54,380 bases of DNA from an uncultured Candidatus Saccharibacteria bacterium (GTDB lineage: Bacteria; Patescibacteriota; Minisyncoccia; Phycocordibacterales; UBA5272). A program made the position numbers and the translations under genes. Positions 29,509 to 38,439 of the stretch are shown here, one piece after another (the first letter of the stretch is position 1; every line of letters begins with the position of its first letter). The notes beneath the pieces are model-generated. The model saw only the letters and a list, made by a program, of their open reading frames with translations. It ran no database searches and was not told where the DNA came from. The stretch covers positions 1 to 54,380 of the forward strand of contig CAYMRR010000001.1 of NCBI GenBank assembly GCA_964393005.1, in the 5' to 3' direction.

Positions 29509-31209
29509 ATGAACCCAAAAGATCAAATAAAACAAAATCTATCTATATTGGATGTAGTTTCTACTTATGTAAAACTAGAAAAGTCTGGAGCACAATATAA
29601 AGGAAGATGTCCTTTTCATAATGAAAAAACTCCCAGTTTTTATGTTTCTCCTGAAAGGAACAATTATCATTGTTTTGGTTGTGGAGAGCATGGAGACATA
29701 TTTTCTTTTATAGAAAAGATGGAAAGTGTTCCTTTTTATGAAGCTTTAATAATTTTAGCAGAAAGAGCTGGAGTTGTACTTACTCCTTACAGAAAAGAGG
29801 CAAGAGAAAAAGAAACTCATCTTATCTCTATTTTAAGAGAAGCAAATAAAAATTATATTAAAAACTTAGAAAGTTCTATAGAAGCTAAAAAATATTTAGG
29901 AGATAGAGGGCTAACTAAAGAAACTATTGAAAAGTTCAGTATAGGGTTTTCTTTAGGAGAAAATCTTGGTTGGAAAAATATTTTAAACGCTTTAACAGAA
30001 AAAGGGTATTCTCCAGATGAAATTTTAAAATCTGGCCTTATTATTAAAAAATATGAAGGAGACGGATTTTTTGATAGATTTAGGGGTAGAGTAATGTTTC
30101 CTATTAAAAATACTTTAGGAAATGTGGTAGGCTTTTCTGGTAGAATTTTACCTATTTATGAAAATGATAAAACAGCTAAGTATATAAATTCACCAGAAAC
30201 AGATATTTTTCATAAAGGTAAAATTTTATATGGATATGATTTAGCTAAAAAAAAGATAGCAGAAAACAAAGAAACAATTTTAGTAGAAGGACCTATGGAT
30301 CTTATATTAAGCCATCAAGCTGGAGTTGAAAATGTAGTGGCAACTATGGGTACAGCTGTAACTGAAGATCAAATTAAAATTTTAAAAAGATTTTCAGACA
30401 GACTTTTACTTTCTTTTGATCAAGATGCAGCAGGAGAAACAGCGATGAAAAAATGTGCTTTATTAGCTTTGTATGGGGGTCTTGATGTCTATATAATCCC
30501 TAAAAAAGAAGGTGTTAAAGATATCGCTGATCTTGTAATAGAACATGGCGGAGAAGAGTGGACAAAGCTTGTAGAAAAAAGAGAACATTTAATAAAATAT
30601 TTAACAAATAAAATATTTACAGAAACAGAAGGAGTTAGAGATAGAGGTTTAAGAATAAGAAATGAAATATTTCCATTTTTAAGAGCAATTGAGAGTGATA
30701 TAGACAGATCTTATTTTATAAAATTTTTAGCAGATAAAATTAATGTAGAAGTAGAAACTATATTAAATGATTTAAAAAGAGTAAAAATAAAAGAAGAAGA
30801 AAATAAGATAGAAGAGGAAAGAGAGGTTTTAGATAATAATATATCTCAAAAAGATTTTTTCTTAAAAAGAATATTAGCTATTTTGGTATGGAAAGAAATT
30901 AAAGAAGAGAAGTTTTTAGAAAAATATTTAAATCAAGAAGATAATTTTAAAGAAAGTTATTTAGAATTTAAAGAAAGGTTTCCTAAGGAGTTTTTAGAAA
31001 AAGAAATACTATTATTAGAGAAAGAAATTTCTAATAATAAGATTTATTTAGAGAATCAGAAAAAATTTATAGATAAATATCTTTCTGATTATGTAATAAA
31101 TTTTAAGATAGAAATCTTGCAAGAAGAAAAAGAAAAGTTTGCGGAAGATTTAGAAAAAAATAGTCTTTTAAGTAAAGAGATGGCAAGATTGAGAAGTTTG
31201 CTAAACTAA
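29509..31209 (+). CDS. dnaG: DNA primase
   Basis: Zinc finger CPFHNEKTPSF...CFGCGEHGD, RNAP domain and Toprim (VEGPMD, DQDAAG). It is adjacent to rpoD, as in the classical operon. Confidence 0.93.
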   Translation: MNPKDQIKQNLSILDVVSTYVKLEKSGAQYKGRCPFHNEKTPSFYVSPERNNYHCFGCGEHGDIFSFIEKMESVPFYEALIILAERAGVVLTPYRKEAREKETHLISILREANKNYIKNLESSIEAKKYLGDRGLTKETIEKFSIGFSLGENLGWKNILNALTEKGYSPDEILKSGLIIKKYEGDGFFDRFRGRVMFPIKNTLGNVVGFSGRILPIYENDKTAKYINSPETDIFHKGKILYGYDLAKKKIAENKETILVEGPMDLILSHQAGVENVVATMGTAVTEDQIKILKRFSDRLLLSFDQDAAGETAMKKCALLALYGGLDVYIIPKKEGVKDIADLVIEHGGEEWTKLVEKREHLIKYLTNKIFTETEGVRDRGLRIRNEIFPFLRAIESDIDRSYFIKFLADKINVEVETILNDLKRVKIKEEENKIEEEREVLDNNISQKDFFLKRILAILVWKEIKEEKFLEKYLNQEDNFKESYLEFKERFPKEFLEKEILLLEKEISNNKIYLENQKKFIDKYLSDYVINFKIEILQEEKEKFAEDLEKNSLLSKEMARLRSLLN

Positions 31210-31335
31210 GCACCAGATAAACTAGAAATGTCAACTTGTATTTATTTTAAATCTGTATTATATTATAAAAAATTTGACAAGTGCGTGTTTGTGGTTGGAT
31301 AAATGACATTATTTCAATAATTTTTCAATTTTTAT

Positions 31336-32754
31336 ATGAGTAAAACTAAAAAAAATGTGGTAAAAAAAACTGTAGCTAAAAAGAAAGTTGTAGTTAAAAA
31401 AGTAGTTGCTAAAAAAGTAGCAGCAAAGAAAACTCCTGCAAAAAAAGTGATAGCCAAAAAGAAAGTGGTAGCCAAGAAAACCGTAGCTAAGAAAGTTGCT
31501 AAAAAAACTGAAACAAAAAAATTTATTGACATGAGATCTCTTTCTCCAAAAGAAAAGGCTGCTGAAAAAAAGAGAAGAGAAATATTAAATGCTAAAGATA
31601 AAAAAGAAAGACAAATAAGAATAGAGAAGAATAAAGCTAAATTAGCTAAAGAAAAAAAAGCTAGAGCCAGCATAAGATCCAAATCTACAAAAGATATAGA
31701 GGATAGATTAGAAAAAGAAGAAATAATTTTAAAAAAGGGAAGAGAAAGAGGCTTTATTACTTATGATGATATCATTAAAATCTTTCCAGGATTAGAAAGA
31801 GACATAGATTATCTAGATCTTTTATATGAAAAGCTTTCTGAAGCTGGAGTAGATATTTTGGATGGTAGTAATTTGTTAGACATGGATGAAGATTCTAATA
31901 AGTATACAGTAGATGAGTCAGGAAGAGACAGTATTCAAATATATTTGAAAGAAATTGGTCAATACCCACTATTATCTTTTGAAGAAGAAAAAGAATTGGC
32001 TAAAAGGATAGAAATGGGAGATGAAGAAGCTAAAAATATTTTAATGAGATCAAATCTAAGGCTTGTAGTTTCTTATGCAAAAAAGTATGTAGGAAGAAGT
32101 TCTAATCTTACACTTTTAGATTTAATACAAGAAGGAAATCTTGGTTTATATAAAGCAGTAGAAAAATATGACTTTAGTAAAGGTTATAAGTTTTCCACAT
32201 ATGCTTGTTGGTGGATTAGACAGGGTATCACTAGAGCTTTAGCAGACCAATCTCGTACTATACGTATTCCTGTACACATGGTAGAGACTATAGCTAAATA
32301 TAAACAAGTTTTGAGAAGACTTTCTCAAGATTTAGGAAGAGAGCCGTTATCTGAAGAGATAGCTGATGAAATGGGAGTAGATATAGAAAAAATTCATGTT
32401 ATAGAAAATATTGATCAAGAAACTTTATCTTTAGAAAAGCCAGCTGGGGATGATGATGAAAAATCATCTTTAGGAGAATTTGTGGCGGATGATAAAATAC
32501 TTTCTCCAGATAAAGAAGCTTCTAGAAGAATTTTAGCTGACCAAATAAATGAAATACTTATGGATCTGTCAGAAAAAGAAAGAAAAATAGTAGAAATGAG
32601 AAATGGTCTTGGAGAATACAATGGAGTAATGCATACATTAGAAGAAGTGGGAGAAGAGTTTCAAGTAACAAGAGAAAGAATAAGACAAATAGAAGCTAAA
32701 GTTCATGAAAAAATAAAAGATCATGAAAAGGCATATAGGTTAAGAAATTTTTAA
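31336..32754 (+). CDS. rpoD: primary-type sigma-70 factor with a Lys/Ala/Val-rich N-terminal extension
   Basis: Regions 1.2-4.2 are recognisable ([63 protein letters not shown]). The N-terminus is made of AKK-type repeats. Confidence 0.95.
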   Translation: MSKTKKNVVKKTVAKKKVVVKKVVAKKVAAKKTPAKKVIAKKKVVAKKTVAKKVAKKTETKKFIDMRSLSPKEKAAEKKRREILNAKDKKERQIRIEKNKAKLAKEKKARASIRSKSTKDIEDRLEKEEIILKKGRERGFITYDDIIKIFPGLERDIDYLDLLYEKLSEAGVDILDGSNLLDMDEDSNKYTVDESGRDSIQIYLKEIGQYPLLSFEEEKELAKRIEMGDEEAKNILMRSNLRLVVSYAKKYVGRSSNLTLLDLIQEGNLGLYKAVEKYDFSKGYKFSTYACWWIRQGITRALADQSRTIRIPVHMVETIAKYKQVLRRLSQDLGREPLSEEIADEMGVDIEKIHVIENIDQETLSLEKPAGDDDEKSSLGEFVADDKILSPDKEASRRILADQINEILMDLSEKERKIVEMRNGLGEYNGVMHTLEEVGEEFQVTRERIRQIEAKVHEKIKDHEKAYRLRNF

Positions 32755-32782
32755 TTTCACAAACTAAAATAAAAATAAATTT

Positions 32783-33799
32783 ATGTTGATAGATAATGTC
32801 TCTTTAAAAGTAAAAGCTGGTAACGGTGGAGATGGGGTAGTAGCCTGGAGAAGGGAAAAGTTTGTTCCTCTTGGAGGACCAGCAGGAGGAGATGGTGGAA
32901 AAGGAGGCGATGTTTATATTCGAGTAGTACAAGATATAGAAGCTTTAAATGATTTTAAAAATAAAAAAGAATGGATGGCTGAAAATGGGGAACCAGGAAA
33001 AAAGAGAAGCATGTTTGGACACGGTGGAGAAGATTTATATTTACGAGTTCCTGTAGGCTCTACTGTTTACAATAAAACTTATGAAATACGCTATGAATGT
33101 AATACTATAGGAGAAGAAATTTTAATTTTAAGAGGTGGAAAAGGAGGGTTTGGTAATGAAAACTTTAAATCTTCTACCAACAGATCTCCAGAGATATTTA
33201 CTAAAGGAGAGAGAGGGGAAGATGCAGAATTGGAAATAGAATTGAAGCTTATAGCAGATATTGGTTTAATAGGTTTACCTAATGCAGGTAAATCTTCTTT
33301 ACTCAATGCTGTAACTAATGCACAAGCTAAAATAGGAAGTTATCCTTTTACTACTTTAGAACCAAATCTCGGTACTTATAAAAGTTTGGTTTTAGCTGAT
33401 TTACCTGGAATAATAGAAGGAGCTCATGAAGGAAAAGGGCTTGGTTTTCGTTTTTTAAAGCATATTTCTAGAACTAGAATTCTTTTTCACTTGGTTTCTG
33501 TAGAAAATGAAAATATTAAAAAAGCTTATCTCTCCATAAGAGAAGAACTTAAAAAATATGATTTAAAAAATAAAGATAATAAAATACTTTTAGATGAAAA
33601 TAATAAACTTTCAGAAAAAGAAGAAATTATTATTCTCACTAAAACAGATGAAATAAAAGACAAAAAAGAATTAGATAAAATAGTTTCTCTTTTAGCAAAA
33701 GCTTCTAAACAAAAAAAAGAAAATATAATTCTCCTTTCTTTATACGATGATAATTCTGTAAAAAGTTTTATTCAAAATTTAGAAAAATTATTAAAATAA
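32783..33799 (+). CDS. obg: GTPase Obg
   Basis: Obg fold with Gly-rich GNGGDG / GGDGGKGG, G1 GLPNAGKSS and G3 DLPG. Confidence 0.93.
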   Translation: MLIDNVSLKVKAGNGGDGVVAWRREKFVPLGGPAGGDGGKGGDVYIRVVQDIEALNDFKNKKEWMAENGEPGKKRSMFGHGGEDLYLRVPVGSTVYNKTYEIRYECNTIGEEILILRGGKGGFGNENFKSSTNRSPEIFTKGERGEDAELEIELKLIADIGLIGLPNAGKSSLLNAVTNAQAKIGSYPFTTLEPNLGTYKSLVLADLPGIIEGAHEGKGLGFRFLKHISRTRILFHLVSVENENIKKAYLSIREELKKYDLKNKDNKILLDENNKLSEKEEIIILTKTDEIKDKKELDKIVSLLAKASKQKKENIILLSLYDDNSVKSFIQNLEKLLK

Positions 33800-33804
33800 A
33801 TCTC

Positions 33805-35304
33805 TTAATTAGAACTTTTTTCTTTTATTATTTCAGTGAAAAGTCCTGGGTTTCCAGATCCTTTTGATTCTTTCATAGCTTGTCCTACAAAAAACATAAT
33901 AAGTTTATCACTTCCAGCTTTAAGCTCTTCCCATTGTTTTTCATTTTTTGATATTACTATATCTATTATTTTCTCTAAACTTTCTTTATCATTTTTTTGA
34001 ATAAGCCCTAACATTTCAGCAAATTCTTTAGCAGTCATATCATTTTCAGACATTTCTAACATTTTCTCATTTGTTATTTTTGTCATAATAAAAGTGATAA
34101 GATCTTTAGCTCCACGACTAGAAAGCTCATTATTTAAAATCATTTCCATAATTTCCACAAAATCATCTTCGTCTACAAAATGAAGCATAGAGTTTTTATC
34201 TGATTTTTGTACTATAGAAGATACATCTACACAAATATAATTTACAGCTAAGTTTATAATAGCTTTATATTTATCTTCATCCCAATTATTCTTTTTTATT
34301 TCATTTTTTACTTTTTTAAAATAGTTAAACAATAAAATATTGTTTAACAAAAGTTCTATATATTCTTCTTTAATTTCTAAGTCTCTTAAAGTTTTTCTTA
34401 TATCACTTAGCTTTTCTGGAAGTGTTATTTTTATTTTTTCTAAATCAAATATTTCATATAAATAAAGCTTGGGTAAATCTGGATCTGGAAAATATTTATA
34501 GTCTTCGGCAGCTTCCTTTTTTCTTTGAGAGACAGTTATTCTTTTATTTTCTTCAAAACCTCTAGTTTCTTGAATTATTTCTTCTCCTTTATTTGCTTCT
34601 AATAACTCGATATGTCTTTTAGCTTCATATCTTACAGAATCTTCTACAGATTTAAAAGAGTTAATATTTTTAACTTCTACTTTTGTACCAAATTTATCTT
34701 TATCACTAGACACTGAAAGATTGACTTCTATTCTCATCTGACCTTTACTCATTTCTGCTTCACTAGCATCAAGAATTCTTAAAATAAGTTGTAACTCTTT
34801 TGCAAAATCGCTACAAGCTTTGGCAGCTTCTTCAATATCTTCAAAAGTCTTAGTATTAGTTACCAATTCCATAAGAGGTAGCCCAGACCTATTAAAATCT
34901 ATTAAAGTATGATCTCCTTGATCATGAGTAGATTTTGCAGTATCTTCTTCTAAATGTATTCTTGTAAGAGGCCACTCATTTATTTCCCCACCACTAACTA
35001 TAGGGTATTTATACTGAGTAAGCTGATAAGCTTTTGGTATATCTGGATAAAAATAATGTTTTCTATCCCATTCTGTAAAATTTGCAATATTAGCATCTAT
35101 ATAAAGACCTATTTCTATCATTTTTTTAATAGCATCTTTATTTAGTGTAGGCAAAGTACCAGGATGGGCCATACATACAGGACATACATTTTTATTTGGA
35201 GAATCTTCAAGTGGAACATTAGGGCAAGAGCAGAACATTTTACTTTTTGTTTTCAATTCTGCATGGATTTCTAATCCAATAGTAATATAATATTTTTTCT
35301 CCAT
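33805..35304 (-). CDS. gatB: Asp/Glu-tRNA amidotransferase subunit B
   Basis: IGLEIHAEL, CPVCMAHPGTLP, RKHYFYPD, a GatB/YqeY C-terminal domain and a FFVGQAMKESKG tail. Confidence 0.95.
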   Translation of the reverse strand: MEKKYYITIGLEIHAELKTKSKMFCSCPNVPLEDSPNKNVCPVCMAHPGTLPTLNKDAIKKMIEIGLYIDANIANFTEWDRKHYFYPDIPKAYQLTQYKYPIVSGGEINEWPLTRIHLEEDTAKSTHDQGDHTLIDFNRSGLPLMELVTNTKTFEDIEEAAKACSDFAKELQLILRILDASEAEMSKGQMRIEVNLSVSSDKDKFGTKVEVKNINSFKSVEDSVRYEAKRHIELLEANKGEEIIQETRGFEENKRITVSQRKKEAAEDYKYFPDPDLPKLYLYEIFDLEKIKITLPEKLSDIRKTLRDLEIKEEYIELLLNNILLFNYFKKVKNEIKKNNWDEDKYKAIINLAVNYICVDVSSIVQKSDKNSMLHFVDEDDFVEIMEMILNNELSSRGAKDLITFIMTKITNEKMLEMSENDMTAKEFAEMLGLIQKNDKESLEKIIDIVISKNEKQWEELKAGSDKLIMFFVGQAMKESKGSGNPGLFTEIIKEKSSN

Positions 35305-35399
35305 AAGTTTGTTAATAGTATTATTTATTTTACACTTTTTATTTAAAGTATAGCTATTATAACAAAAATATACTTAAATTAAAATTAGCTAAATAAAAT

Positions 35400-36320
35400 C
35401 TAATTTTCTTTTCTATACCTTTTATTCCACAAAATTTGTCTTTTAGCAAATTGCCAGATTTTATTTTTTAATCTTTCTATCATTTCTTCTTTTTCGAGTT
35501 TTCCTTGTAAATAAAGTGTTATATATTTATATTCTAATCCCAAAGATATAAGCCAAGCATCGTCTAATTTTAATTTATTTCTTAAAAATTCAACTTCTTT
35601 TATCATATTATTTTCTCCTTTTAGTCTTCTATCTACTCTTTTGCTAATCCTTTCTTTTATTTCTTCTTTACTTTTATCTATAAATATAAATTTTGGTAAA
35701 TATCTAAGTTCTGTATTTATTTTAGCCAAACTTATTTCTTCATTTTCTCTTTTCTTAGCTTCTAATATTTCTATTATTCTTATAAGTCTTCTTTTATTAT
35801 TTTTTTCACTAGTGTTTTCATTTTCTATAAGCTCTATATATTTCTCTTCATTAAGGTTTTTTATTTTAAGAAGCAAAGTTTCTAAACTTTCTTTTTCTAG
35901 CTTCTTACGGAGTAGGGGGTTTGGAGCTGCGTTTTTTGGTAATCCATAAAGTATGGCGTCTATATAAAATCCTGTACCTCCACAAAGTATAGGAGTTTTT
36001 CCTTTTTTAAGAATTTTATTTATAGCTTTTTCGGCATATTTTAAATATTCTTTTACAGAAAAAGTCTCTCCATTTTTTTTGTATTTTTTGGATTGTTTTT
36101 TAGGGTTTATTATATCCAAACAATAATGCTTTACTCCTTGCATTTCTTCTTTAGTTATTTTTCCAGATCCTATATCAAAATATTTATAGACTTGTCTTGA
36201 GTCTACACTTACTATTTCTCCATTTACTTTTTTAGCTAGCTCTACAGCTACATCACTTTTACCAGTAGCGGTAGGGCCAATAACTACATATATTTCTGAT
36301 AGGTTTTTATAATTTTTCAT
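35400..36320 (-). CDS. miaA: tRNA dimethylallyltransferase
   Basis: P-loop GPTATGKS, SVDSRQVY and CGGTGFY. Confidence 0.9.
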   Translation of the reverse strand: MKNYKNLSEIYVVIGPTATGKSDVAVELAKKVNGEIVSVDSRQVYKYFDIGSGKITKEEMQGVKHYCLDIINPKKQSKKYKKNGETFSVKEYLKYAEKAINKILKKGKTPILCGGTGFYIDAILYGLPKNAAPNPLLRKKLEKESLETLLLKIKNLNEEKYIELIENENTSEKNNKRRLIRIIEILEAKKRENEEISLAKINTELRYLPKFIFIDKSKEEIKERISKRVDRRLKGENNMIKEVEFLRNKLKLDDAWLISLGLEYKYITLYLQGKLEKEEMIERLKNKIWQFAKRQILWNKRYRKEN

Positions 36321-36405
36321 AGAGTATATAATACAAAAAATAATACAATAAAATCAAGGGTTTTTAACCCTTGACTTTTAATATTATATCTGATATACTA
36401 TAATT

Positions 36406-36455
36406 GGTGGAATATGCGCTCTAAAATTTTAAATCACTTAAAGGTGATTTTTTTT
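36406..36455 (+). ncRNA. candidate orphan short transcript, cassette A
   Basis: TTGACT (36371-36376), a 17-nt spacer ending TGA, and TATACT (36394-36399). Then ATAATTGGTGGAATATGCGCTCTAAAATTTT, a hairpin 36431-36450 and a T-run. No plus-strand CDS follows. Confidence 0.35.
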
Positions 36456-37164
36456 ATTCAAAAATTAATCTTTTTAAACCTTCTTTTTTCTCATTTCTAA
36501 AATCTATACTTTCTCCTAATATAGCTGGTTTTTTATTAGTTAATATATCTAATACAGCTAAATCTCTAGCTAAAAGTTCTCTTAAGAAAATTTTAATATT
36601 TATAGGTAGATTTTTAAAAGAATTTGGATAAGGATATTTTGCATTATAAGCTACAGCGTTTATACCTTTTTTTCTTGCTATAAAAATAGCTCTTTCATTA
36701 TGATATTTTTGAGAAATAATAGTTATTTTATTTTGATTAAAAATCTCATTACTTCTAAGTACTGAATCTAGAGTTCTTCTTCCTCCGTAATCTGAGACTA
36801 TAGAATATTCATCTATATTAAGCTTTAAAAGAAAGTTTCTCATATATTTTGGTTCGTTATAGGAAACTGTCTGATTGTCACCAGAAACCAAAACATAGCT
36901 TATTTTTTCAAAATCAAAAAGCTCTCTTGTAGCTTCCATTCTATTTATAAAAAATAAGTTTGGATGTCCCTCTCTAGTTACAGGAGAGGTGCCAAGTACC
37001 AAACCTACTTCATTGAAGGGTAGATTTTCTATCTTAGAAAAGATATAATCTTTGGTATAGTGAGAAATATAAAAATAGACAATTGCTGAGACAATAAAAA
37101 AAGCAATGAGTATATAAAAAATTATATTGATAGTTTTAAGCAATGCTTTTACTATACCTTTCAT
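36454..37164 (-). CDS. SanA/YdcF (DUF218) family membrane protein
   Basis: N-terminal TM, then LVSGDNQTVSYNEPKYM, DYGGRRTLDS and SQKYHNERAIFIARK, as in SanA. Confidence 0.8.
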   Translation of the reverse strand: MKGIVKALLKTINIIFYILIAFFIVSAIVYFYISHYTKDYIFSKIENLPFNEVGLVLGTSPVTREGHPNLFFINRMEATRELFDFEKISYVLVSGDNQTVSYNEPKYMRNFLLKLNIDEYSIVSDYGGRRTLDSVLRSNEIFNQNKITIISQKYHNERAIFIARKKGINAVAYNAKYPYPNSFKNLPINIKIFLRELLARDLAVLDILTNKKPAILGESIDFRNEKKEGLKRLIFE

Positions 37165-37268
37165 TTCTGAATAATAGCAATTTTTAAAGAAAAAGTCATC
37201 TTTTATTTTAAAATATGATTCTTATTATTAAATCATTAAAACTGGCTTTTTATTTAGATTTTATTTTG

Positions 37269-37349
37269 TGCCGAAGGTGGGACTTGAACCCACAAGCCGT
37301 AAGGCATGCGATTTTGAGTCGCACGTGTATACCATTCCACCACTTCGGC
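37269..37349 (-). tRNA. tRNA-Leu (anticodon CAA), no encoded CCA
   Basis: Hand fold of the reverse complement: acceptor GCCGAAG/CTTCGGC, anticodon arm TGCGA-CTCAAAA-TCGCA, variable hairpin GCC-TTAC-GGC, T arm GTGGG-TTCAAGT-CCCAC. Confidence 0.9.
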
Positions 37350-37430
37350 AAATTAAAATTTATACACATATCTTAACATATTTGAGAAACTTTTCCATGC
37401 TATAATTAAAAAATAAATAAAATAAATCTT

Positions 37431-38432
37431 ATGGGAGAATTACAAAATGCAGTTTTTTGGATAGAAACAAATAAAATATTACCAAATCCATATCAGCCTC
37501 GTAGAGAGTTTGATGAGAGAAGTTTAAAAGATTTGGCTGAAAGTATTAGGCAATATGGAGTTTTGCAACCTCTAGTAGTAACTAGAAAAGAAGAATCCAA
37601 AGAAGATGGTTCTATTTCTGTATCTTATGAACTTATTGCTGGAGAAAGAAGGTTGCGAGCTTCAAAAATAGCTGGAATAAAAGAAATACCCTGTGTAGTC
37701 CGCACTGGAGATGATAATAGGACAAAGTTAGAATTAGCTATTATAGAAAATATACAAAGAGAAGATTTGAACTCTGTAGATAGAGCCAAATCTTTTCAGC
37801 AGTTAGCAGATGAATTTAAACTTTCTTGGGCAGAAATTGGTAGAAAAGTAGGAAAAAGTAGAGAATATGTTTCTAATACTGTCCGCATTTTAATGCTTCC
37901 TCAGGAGATTTTAGAAGCTCTGGTAGCAGGAAAAATATCAGAAGGGCATACCAGGCCACTACTTATGCTAGTAGATAAGAGAGAAGAACAAATCACTCTT
38001 TTTAAAGAAATGCTTATGCGAAAAATGACAGTAAGAGAAGCAGAGAGTTTAGCTAGAAGAAGTGCTAGAGAAAAGGTTAGAAAAAAATCTTTATTAGCAA
38101 ATCCTGAAGTTCTTAATTTAGAAGAAAACCTCGCAGAAAGTTTGGGGACAAGGGTAAGAATAGAGCCTAAAGAAAAAGGAGGAAAAATAACAATAGACTA
38201 CTTTTCAGAAGATGAACTTTTTGCTTTAGCTAATCTTATTAAAAAAGCAGGAGTAGAAAAGACTCATGAAGGAATGTTTGATAAAATAAAAAAGAATATT
38301 TTTGGAGGAGGGTCTATACTTGACCAAATAAATAAAGAAGAGAAGGATCAAAATTTTAAACTTGAAGATGATAGAAGTCAAGAAGAAATAAGAGAGTCAG
38401 AAGATTTTGATATACAAAATTTTAGTTTATAA
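37431..38432 (+). CDS. parB: ParB/Spo0J partition protein
   Basis: PYQPRREF, the arginine patch LIAGERRLRAS, an HTH region and an acidic C-terminal extension. No parA neighbour is present in the window. Confidence 0.9.
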   Translation: MGELQNAVFWIETNKILPNPYQPRREFDERSLKDLAESIRQYGVLQPLVVTRKEESKEDGSISVSYELIAGERRLRASKIAGIKEIPCVVRTGDDNRTKLELAIIENIQREDLNSVDRAKSFQQLADEFKLSWAEIGRKVGKSREYVSNTVRILMLPQEILEALVAGKISEGHTRPLLMLVDKREEQITLFKEMLMRKMTVREAESLARRSAREKVRKKSLLANPEVLNLEENLAESLGTRVRIEPKEKGGKITIDYFSEDELFALANLIKKAGVEKTHEGMFDKIKKNIFGGGSILDQINKEEKDQNFKLEDDRSQEEIRESEDFDIQNFSL

Positions 38433-38439
38433 TTTTGCT

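Noticed and set aside
31332-31682. 116-aa minus-strand ORF (Phe/Leu/Ala-rich) opposite the start of rpoD
   Set aside because: It is the mirror image of the AAA/AAG/GCT repeat coding for the Lys/Ala-rich RpoD N-terminus. Its low-complexity content is explained entirely by the sense strand, and rpoD is unambiguous.
36406-36420. GGTGGAAT at the 5' end of cassettes A and B, which equals the D-arm string of both tRNA-Leu genes (GTGGTGGAATGG / GTGGTGGAATCGG); possible tRNA fragment
   Set aside because: I can fold no acceptor, anticodon or T arm downstream. The match is only 8-10 nt and is probably coincidence.
36404-36424. Micro-ORFs in the cassettes (TTG-GTG-GAA-TAT-GCG-CTC-TAA in A; TTG-GTG-GAA-TAT-CGG-CCT-AAT-ATT-TAA in B)
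   Set aside because: Copies D and E have no start codon in the equivalent frame, and the peptides would be 6-8 aa. This is mentioned as an alternative in the finding but not called as CDS.
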